The position numbers and the translations under genes are program-made. Below are positions 1 to 5,484 of a stretch of DNA of 18,555 nt, piece after piece. Numbering within the stretch: the stretch's first letter is position 1; every line of letters begins with the position of its first letter. The notes beneath the pieces were generated by a model. The model was not told where the DNA came from. It did no database searches and was given only the letters and a program-made list of their open reading frames with translations. Source of the stretch: an uncultured Muribaculaceae bacterium (GTDB lineage Bacteria > Pseudomonadota > Alphaproteobacteria > Rs-D84); contig CAYJKO010000002.1 in the NCBI GenBank assembly GCA_964371145.1, positions 90,899 through 109,453 of the forward strand. The letters are read 5' to 3'.

Positions 1-135
1 TGTACGTTGCTGGATTGTTAATTCCCACGAATGCATTCGCGGGTCCCTTTCCCCTTCGTACTTTTCCGACTGCATTTTATTTGTCGGCAAAACTTTCGGG
101 TCGAACCTCTGGTTCTCATCTCATGACTCTATCAC

Positions 136-170
136 AAAAAAAATACCACCCGATGGGTGGTATGTTTTTT
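136..170. terminator. Intrinsic terminator-like hairpin inside repeat unit 1 (bidirectional form)
   Basis: A8 (136-143), a 9-bp stem ATACCACCC/GGGTGGTAT (143-151 / 155-163) with loop GAT, then T6 (165-170). A and T runs flank it on both sides. Confidence 0.6.
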
Positions 171-307
171 GGTGTACGTTGCTGGATTGTTAATTCCCAC
201 GAATGCGTTCGCGGGTCCCTTTCCCCTTCGTACTTTTCCGACTGCATTTTATTTGTCGGCAAAACTTTCGGGTCGAACCTCTGGTTCTCATCTCATGACT
301 CTATCAC

Positions 308-341
308 AAAAAAAATACCACCCGATGGGTGGTATATTTTT
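308..341 (-). terminator. Intrinsic terminator of the tRNA-Gly/tRNA-Tyr transcription unit (repeat unit 2 copy)
   Basis: The same 9-bp GC-rich hairpin (315-335) lies directly after the tRNA-Tyr CCA end. It is followed on the minus strand by T8 (complement of A308-315). Confidence 0.75.
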
Positions 342-427
342 TGGTGGGAGTAGCTGGATTCGAACCAGCTCAGTCTGAGACAACAGATTTACAGTCTGCC
401 CCGGCTCTCCAACTCCGGCGTACGCCC
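342..427 (-). tRNA. tRNA-Tyr (anticodon GTA), class II with long variable arm, CCA encoded
   Basis: Minus strand folds as GGGCGTA-CG-CCGG-AGTTGGAGAG-CCGG-G-GCAGA-CTGTAAA-TCTGT-TGTCTCAGACTGA-GCTGG-TTCGAAT-CCAGC-TACTCCC-A-CCA (86 nt). Non-canonical C8 and a C4.U69 mismatch. Confidence 0.9.
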
Positions 428-433
428 AATCTT

Positions 434-508
434 TGGTGCGGGCAGCGGGACTCGAACCCGCATTTCAAGCTTGGAAGGCTTGCATTCTAGCCTTTGAACT
501 ATGCCCGC
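434..508 (-). tRNA. tRNA-Gly (anticodon TCC), CCA encoded
   Basis: Minus strand folds as GCGGGCA-TA-GTTC-AAAGGCTA-GAAT-G-CAAGC-CTTCCAA-GCTTG-AAAT-GCGGG-TTCGAGT-CCCGC-TGCCCGC-A-CCA (75 nt). Confidence 0.95.
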
Positions 509-528
509 AAAGACCTTTAAGCTTTACA

Positions 529-556
529 ATTATATATAATCGAATAAAAAAATCAA
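529..556 (-). promoter_or_regulatory. Sigma70-type promoter for the tRNA-Gly/tRNA-Tyr unit
   Basis: Minus strand reads TTGATT (556-551), a 16-nt spacer, then TATAAT (534-529). The -10 ends 20 nt upstream of the mature tRNA-Gly 5' end. Confidence 0.5.
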
Positions 557-566
557 GCATTTATTA

Positions 567-1298
567 TTATTTTTTTGGTTGCCCTATTATTCCGTCTTCT
601 ATTGTTATTATTTTGTCCGCAAATCCGGCCAATTTTATGTCATGAGTCACAAATAGCATCGCCATGCCTCTGTCTCGTACAATTTTAAATAACAAATCAA
701 AAACCATGGACGCATGTTTTGGATCCAAACTTCCCGTTGGTTCGTCCGCCAATAAAACATCTGGATTATTTGCCAAAGCCCGAGCAACCGCAACACGTTG
801 TTGTTCTCCGCCCGACATTTCCCCCGGTAAATGATTTACGCGATGCGCAACATTCGCGGATTTTAATAATTTTTTTGCATGGTTCGATGCGTCCGTATAA
901 GACACACCATTTGCCAACATCGGCAATATTACATTTTCTATTGCTGTGAAATCATTTAATAAATTATGCTTTTGATAAACAAACCCAATTTTTTTACGGC
1001 GCATTTTTGTTCGTGTTAAATCATCCATTTTTTGGGCGGCGTTCCCAGAAATTAATATGCTGCCAGACGTTGGTTTATCCAACAAACCAACACATTGTAA
1101 CAATGTTGATTTCCCGCATCCAGATTGACCAACCAATGCGATTATTTCGCCACGACATAAATCGAATCCGCCCCCACGTAGAATATGCAAAGGCTGACCG
1201 CCTTCGATAAAAGTTTTTTTAATATCGCGAACGCTTAACACTATGTCTTTTGCATTGCCTGTTTTTGTTAAAGATTTTAATATATTAGCCATAGACAT
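567..1298 (-). CDS. lolD: Lipoprotein-releasing system ATP-binding protein LolD (ABC ATPase)
   Basis: Walker A GQSGCGKST, ABC signature MSGGEQQRVAVARAL, Walker B LLADEPTGSLD. It follows a LolC/E permease gene by 8 nt, with SD AAGGAA. Confidence 0.93.
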   Translation of the reverse strand: MSMANILKSLTKTGNAKDIVLSVRDIKKTFIEGGQPLHILRGGGFDLCRGEIIALVGQSGCGKSTLLQCVGLLDKPTSGSILISGNAAQKMDDLTRTKMRRKKIGFVYQKHNLLNDFTAIENVILPMLANGVSYTDASNHAKKLLKSANVAHRVNHLPGEMSGGEQQRVAVARALANNPDVLLADEPTGSLDPKHASMVFDLLFKIVRDRGMAMLFVTHDIKLAGFADKIITIEDGIIGQPKK

Positions 1299-1306
1299 TT
1301 TTCCTT

Positions 1307-2563
1307 TTATTCATTACGCAATACTTCGACCGGGTCTGTGTTCGCCGCTTTCCATGCCGGATACAATGTCGCAAGAAAAGACAATAAAACCGCAATCAAC
1401 GCAATACCCAATACATCAGTTAATATAATTTTAGATGGTAATTCTGACAAATAATATAATTCTGGTGGGAATAAATCTCTCCCTGTTAAGCTTTGTATAA
1501 ATTGGCGAATGTTTTCAATATATGTTGCAATTAATAAACCCAAACCTGTCCCCATTATCGAACCAATTAACCCTATGCTGGTTCCGGTTAAAACAAATAT
1601 TTTCATCATGGATTTACGTGACACGCCAAATGTTCTCAATACTGCGATATCTTTTGATTTGTCAGAAACCAACATAACCAAACTGGACACGATATTGAAA
1701 GCCGCCACAATTATAATTAACATTAATATCAAAAACATAACATTAGATTCCACCTGCAAAGCGCCTACAAAACCACTGTTTAATTCGCGCCAATCGCGAA
1801 CGATAAAGCTTTCTGGTAATAACGTTTTTAAACTGTCCACAACTTCTGTCGTTTCTTCTGGATTTTCTAAAAATAAATCTATGTGCGTTACAGAATTTTC
1901 GATATTCAAATATTTTTGAGCCGTATTCATAGGCATAAATATATAACCAGAATCGTATTCATACATCCCCATAAAAAACAAAGAAGATACCGGATATGAT
2001 TTAATACGAGGCACAGTTCCGAACGCCGTTACAGACGCACCATTGGCAGACACCAAAGATATTTTTTCACCCACCCCCGCTTTTAAATTACGAGCCATAG
2101 ACACACCCATAACCAATTCGCCGTCTTTTATTTGTGTTAATTCTTTACCGAAACTTTTTGCGCCGCTGTGCATTTTAGATTGCAAATCTTCCATCGCAAT
2201 TCCGCGAACCATAGCGCCCGTATTATTTCCATTTGCAGAAACCATAACCTGGCCTTCGGCGATTGGAATAATATCAACAACAGATTTTTGAACTATTTTA
2301 TTTTGATTCATTTTATCGATTAAAAAATCATAATCGGAAATCGCGCCATCTTGATGATATACAACAACGTGTCCATTCATACCGACGATACGTGATAACA
2401 AAGTATCATGAAATCCACCCATAACAGACATTACAACAATCAATGTTGCAACACCCAACATAATACCCAACAAAGACACCCAAGAAACGACCGATATGAA
2501 ACCTTGTTTCTTTTTAGATTTTAAATATCTGAATGCAATTTTTCTTTCTAATTTTGAAAACAT
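1307..2563 (-). CDS. lolC: Lipoprotein-releasing system transmembrane permease, LolC/LolE family (single copy, LolF-like arrangement)
   Basis: N-terminus KIAFRYLKSKKKQGFISVVSWVSLLGIMLGVATLIVVMSVMGGF, a large periplasmic domain, and a C-terminal FtsX-like TM bundle ending YPAWKAANTDPVEVLRNE. Only one permease gene precedes lolD. Confidence 0.92.
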   Translation of the reverse strand: MFSKLERKIAFRYLKSKKKQGFISVVSWVSLLGIMLGVATLIVVMSVMGGFHDTLLSRIVGMNGHVVVYHQDGAISDYDFLIDKMNQNKIVQKSVVDIIPIAEGQVMVSANGNNTGAMVRGIAMEDLQSKMHSGAKSFGKELTQIKDGELVMGVSMARNLKAGVGEKISLVSANGASVTAFGTVPRIKSYPVSSLFFMGMYEYDSGYIFMPMNTAQKYLNIENSVTHIDLFLENPEETTEVVDSLKTLLPESFIVRDWRELNSGFVGALQVESNVMFLILMLIIIVAAFNIVSSLVMLVSDKSKDIAVLRTFGVSRKSMMKIFVLTGTSIGLIGSIMGTGLGLLIATYIENIRQFIQSLTGRDLFPPELYYLSELPSKIILTDVLGIALIAVLLSFLATLYPAWKAANTDPVEVLRNE

Positions 2564-2585
2564 ATTGATTTAACCCTTAATATTA

Positions 2586-3938
2586 TTATTGACCCAAAAA
2601 TTCACGCAATGAATCTCCGGATAAATCTGATACGCTTGAATTTTCAACCGGTTTTTCATCGACGATTGAAATGACTCTTGGGCTCATAAACACAACCAAT
2701 TCTGCAAATGGGCTGATTAAAGTTTCTGGGGTTGTTACAAACGAATGTGTTGGTATACCGATAATTACATAATTATCACCCAAACTGCTTGGGATTGTGA
2801 ACGAAGACAATTCTCCCTCAGACGTTCTTAATACAATTTTGGCATCAATTTTTTTCTTGTCTCCCATATCTCCATAAGTCGCAACCGCACCCACAGTTAA
2901 ATCAGTTTCCAATCTTTCTTCTTTACCGCATTGACCGATGTCAAATCTGGATTGCCATCCATCCGGTAATACAAAAGTTCCTTGGGAAATTAAAACTACA
3001 TTTGCTTGGCGAGATAAAAATTCTTGCAAAGTTTTTGTATTGATTTCCGGACTGGTAACCAGCGCACGACCAACAACACCCGGCACAGACATTTTAATAT
3101 TATTTTCACCGAACGCAGGCAATAAATTCATCCAAATAATTGGATTATCTGTTCGCGGATACACACGATAAACATCCAAATCCCATGCAATCATATAATT
3201 TTTGTCTGCAACATCATTTACGATTTTTGCAACTTCTTTTTCTGTTTGATAATTGCCTTCGAAAATAACGGTTTTATCTTGCCAATCTACCAATAAATTT
3301 CGCATATCTGCACCGTGCATAGCATCCATCAATGCCATAATAATGCTTTCATCATTTGGCATTTTCATTAACCATTTAGAACGATGTTTCAAATGCAATT
3401 CTTGGGCGTCTGCGTCATAGCTGAAATAACTGCGTCCCATTTTTGTGATTAAATCAATAGCATCCGTTAATGATGCAGATTGAATTGAACCGGATATTTT
3501 ATCTGTTAAATTTTCTTCTGCGACAACCGCAATATCTGTTCCCAATAATAATTTATCCAAAACTTGTTTCACTGTTTTTTTAGAAAATTCATAATCCGAT
3601 ACATTAAAGTCCGGCAACGCGTCCCCGACCCCCAAACGAATTATTTCAATTTCTTCTTCTGGTACGACAGACAACACATTTTGATTATCCCAATCAACCG
3701 TACATCTTTTTGGCAATTCGATAGAAAATCTGCGCGCCGTATCGGTTGTCAAAGCCGCTTTTTTTGGAAAGATGGGTACAGAATTTTCATCTACAACCAA
3801 ATTATCGATAACGGTTACCGTATCATACAAAGGCATTTGATTTTGTTGATTTTGCTGATTCACAGCACACCCTGCGAACAAAGAAACAAATCCTGTTATC
3901 GCAATTGTTTTTATCAAATTTAATTTTGATTCTCTCAT
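2586..3938 (-). CDS. Secretin-family-like outer-membrane lipoprotein (N0/STN-like, Secretin_N-like and compact secretin core); divergent, function unassigned
   Basis: Lipobox SLFAG|C24 with Ala at +2 and a Q/N linker. aa 115-185 resemble an N0/STN fold (VKQVLDKLLLGTDIAVVAEENLTDKISGSIQSASLTDAIDLITKMGRSYFSYD). aa 186-260 resemble Secretin_N (VDWQDKTVIFEGNYQTEKEVAKIVNDV...DLDVYRV). aa 311-424 resemble a secretin core (ANVVLISQGTFVLPDGWQSRFDIGQ...DNYVIIGIP...ELVVFMSPRVI). SD AAAGGGA. Confidence 0.6.
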   Translation of the reverse strand: MRESKLNLIKTIAITGFVSLFAGCAVNQQNQQNQMPLYDTVTVIDNLVVDENSVPIFPKKAALTTDTARRFSIELPKRCTVDWDNQNVLSVVPEEEIEIIRLGVGDALPDFNVSDYEFSKKTVKQVLDKLLLGTDIAVVAEENLTDKISGSIQSASLTDAIDLITKMGRSYFSYDADAQELHLKHRSKWLMKMPNDESIIMALMDAMHGADMRNLLVDWQDKTVIFEGNYQTEKEVAKIVNDVADKNYMIAWDLDVYRVYPRTDNPIIWMNLLPAFGENNIKMSVPGVVGRALVTSPEINTKTLQEFLSRQANVVLISQGTFVLPDGWQSRFDIGQCGKEERLETDLTVGAVATYGDMGDKKKIDAKIVLRTSEGELSSFTIPSSLGDNYVIIGIPTHSFVTTPETLISPFAELVVFMSPRVISIVDEKPVENSSVSDLSGDSLREFLGQ

Positions 3939-3956
3939 AAAATCATCCCTTTTATA

Positions 3957-4268
3957 TTATATATTCATAACTTTTTCAAATTCTGCCAAACTCATTTCAT
4001 GCACAGGCTTTTGTGTAGGAGTCGTCAAATTTTTCACATTTTCGAAAACATTTTCCAATTTTTGCAAAACATTTTTCACATCCGCATTATCAGAATTCAA
4101 TCTTTTTCCATATTCAATTATAAATTCCAAAACATCGGCTGCAAAAAAACGCCCCACATAATTTTCCATTGCAATTCCGCCTTTATTTACGGAAACAGCA
4201 GACATAATCGCAGACATTTGGTTGTAAAAATTTATTAAATTATTAAACTTTTCTATATTGTTTGCCAT
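3957..4268 (-). CDS. Hypothetical 103-aa protein with no signal peptide; first gene of the secretin-like/lolCD operon
   Basis: Clean ORF with SD AAAGG. It ends 18 nt upstream of the secretin-like gene. Predicted helical and acidic; no motif recognised. Confidence 0.5.
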   Translation of the reverse strand: MANNIEKFNNLINFYNQMSAIMSAVSVNKGGIAMENYVGRFFAADVLEFIIEYGKRLNSDNADVKNVLQKLENVFENVKNLTTPTQKPVHEMSLAEFEKVMNI

Positions 4269-4315
4269 AATTTATGCCTTTGTTTTGCGGGGTGCGTATA
4301 TTTATTGTTAAATAC

Positions 4316-4345
4316 ATTATAAAAACTATTGCCCCACTTTGGCAA
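4316..4345 (-). promoter_or_regulatory. Putative promoter for the 103-aa ORF / secretin-like / lolCD operon
   Basis: Minus strand reads TTGCCA (4345-4340), an 18-nt spacer, then TATAAT (4321-4316). It sits back-to-back with the plus-strand promoter at 4329-4357. Confidence 0.4.
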
Positions 4346-4357
4346 TTAAATTATAAT
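4329..4357 (+). promoter_or_regulatory. Putative promoter giving a leaderless mRNA for the 126-aa lipoprotein gene
   Basis: TTGCCC (4329-4334), a 17-nt spacer, TATAAT (4352-4357), then 7 nt to the ATG at 4365. No SD. Confidence 0.4.
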
Positions 4358-4364
4358 ATAAATT

Positions 4365-4745
4365 ATGAAAATAAAAAACTTTATATTTTTAGCATTTTTG
4401 TCCGCATGTTCTTCATACAACACGGGCAACATAAATGACGCCACAATTTTAAATTGGGAAAACGAATTGGTTACAATGGAACAATTTGTTCGTGACCATA
4501 AAGAATGTTTGGGTGTAACGCGTCCAGATCACGCGCCGCGTTCATCTTTGGCAAAAATGTTATCTCCGAACCAATCTGCTCAAATGCCCGACTGGGGTGG
4601 TTTGTGGGTAACGTTCCAATCAAATGAATATTCAGACGTTGGGCAAAGACCTTTGTTATCTATTCCATCCAACTCTACATCTAAATCCGTTGGCACATAC
4701 AGAAAATGTATGTTCCGTTTGGGATATTTATTACGCGCCAGTTAA
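4365..4745 (+). CDS. Small hypothetical lipoprotein (126 aa)
   Basis: Signal peptide with lipobox MKIKNFIFLAFLSA|C. The mature part carries two further Cys (HKECLGV and YRKCMFRLGY). Confidence 0.6.
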   Translation: MKIKNFIFLAFLSACSSYNTGNINDATILNWENELVTMEQFVRDHKECLGVTRPDHAPRSSLAKMLSPNQSAQMPDWGGLWVTFQSNEYSDVGQRPLLSIPSNSTSKSVGTYRKCMFRLGYLLRAS

Positions 4746-4781
4746 AAATAATTACAAATTCTTTTTTATTTAAAAAAAATA

Positions 4782-4790
4782 TGTTATACT
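4782..4790 (+). promoter_or_regulatory. Extended -10 element upstream of ftsQ (leaderless geometry)
   Basis: TGtTATACT at 4782-4790, then 7 nt to the ATG at 4798. No SD. Confidence 0.35.
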
Positions 4791-4797
4791 GTTATTT

Positions 4798-5481
4798 ATG
4801 AAAAAGAATCTTTTATTTTGGCTGTTTTTTGTTTTATCCATAATGTTTGCAACATATTTTGGAACCCGCGTAACCATGGGGTGTTTTTTCGGCGGTGATA
4901 TATCTTCTGTCAAATCTTTAAAATTCACAGGAAATCTGGATCCAAGAGACATCCCATCTATCCAGGCTTCGATTGGAATATCATCCAAACAAACAAATAT
5001 TTTCGAATTAAATTTGAACGAAGTAAACACCAGAATTTCCAACCGACCTGAAATAAAACATTCATCAGTTCGCAGAAAAGGAAATGGAGTATTGGATATA
5101 ACAATTGAACAATATGAACCGGTCGCAACTTGGACGGATGGACAATTTTATTATCCTATTACAGAAAACGGTATTGTTATCAGCACTCCTACAAATGAAA
5201 AACCGAACAATTCTTTTATATTTACAGGTAAAACAAAAAAATTCATAGGCGATTTAATAACATCAGCACAACCTTTGTTTAACAAAATTGAATCCATAGA
5301 ATTAATTGAAAACAGAAGATGGAACATACATTTAAAAAATGACATTACAATAATGTTGCCAGAAAATGGATTCATCCCTGCCATCGGCAGCTTGATCATC
5401 ATAGATAATAAACATCAAATATTATCAAAAGATATAGAACAAATTGATATGCGCGACGCATCAAGAACTTTGGTTAAATAA
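4798..5481 (+). CDS. ftsQ: Cell division protein FtsQ (bitopic, POTRA domain)
   Basis: N-terminal TM helix (LLFWLFFVLSIMFATYF). POTRA-like IKSLKFTGN...NLNEVNTRISNRPEIKHSSVRRKGNGVLDITIEQYEPVATW. C-terminal IDMRD motif. Sits immediately upstream of the ftsA-like ORF with a 3-nt gap. Confidence 0.85.
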   Translation: MKKNLLFWLFFVLSIMFATYFGTRVTMGCFFGGDISSVKSLKFTGNLDPRDIPSIQASIGISSKQTNIFELNLNEVNTRISNRPEIKHSSVRRKGNGVLDITIEQYEPVATWTDGQFYYPITENGIVISTPTNEKPNNSFIFTGKTKKFIGDLITSAQPLFNKIESIELIENRRWNIHLKNDITIMLPENGFIPAIGSLIIIDNKHQILSKDIEQIDMRDASRTLVK

Positions 5482-5484
5482 AAT

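Larger units (their letters stand above)
1..344. repeat. Tandem direct repeat, 2 x 172 bp (1-172 and 173-344), beginning exactly at the window edge so more copies may lie upstream
   Basis: The two units are identical except at 35/207 (A/G) and 164/336 (G/A). Each unit starts TGGTG-N6-GCTGGATT, as does the plus-strand image of the tRNA-Tyr 3' end at 342-361, and ends in an A8-hairpin-T6 terminator. The period is not a multiple of 3. Confidence 0.95.

Noticed and set aside
1-344. Repeat unit as a known structured RNA (5S rRNA, SRP/4.5S RNA, or a piece of two-piece alphaproteobacterial tmRNA)
   Set aside because: I could not find the 5S loop motifs, the SRP domain IV motif, or a plausible tmRNA tag reading frame. 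The only candidate, GCC GAC AAA TAA, is 3 codons long. The tRNA-like T-arm is weak (4 bp, 9-nt loop). This needs an Infernal/Rfam scan to settle.
15-378. ORFs 15..353 (112 aa) and 157..378 (73 aa) from the six-frame track
   Set aside because: They lie entirely within the 172-bp tandem repeat and run into tRNA-Tyr. The repeat period is not a multiple of 3, so the same DNA is read in different frames. They cross two terminator hairpins and have no RBS.
433-645. ORF 433..645 (+), 70 aa
   Set aside because: It overlaps tRNA-Gly on the opposite strand and the 3' end of lolD. It is a by-product of the GC-rich tRNA sequence.
4770-5042. ORF 4770..5042 (-), 90 aa
   Set aside because: It is antisense to the ftsQ 5' end and promoter, and no motif was recognised. 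ftsQ explains the region.
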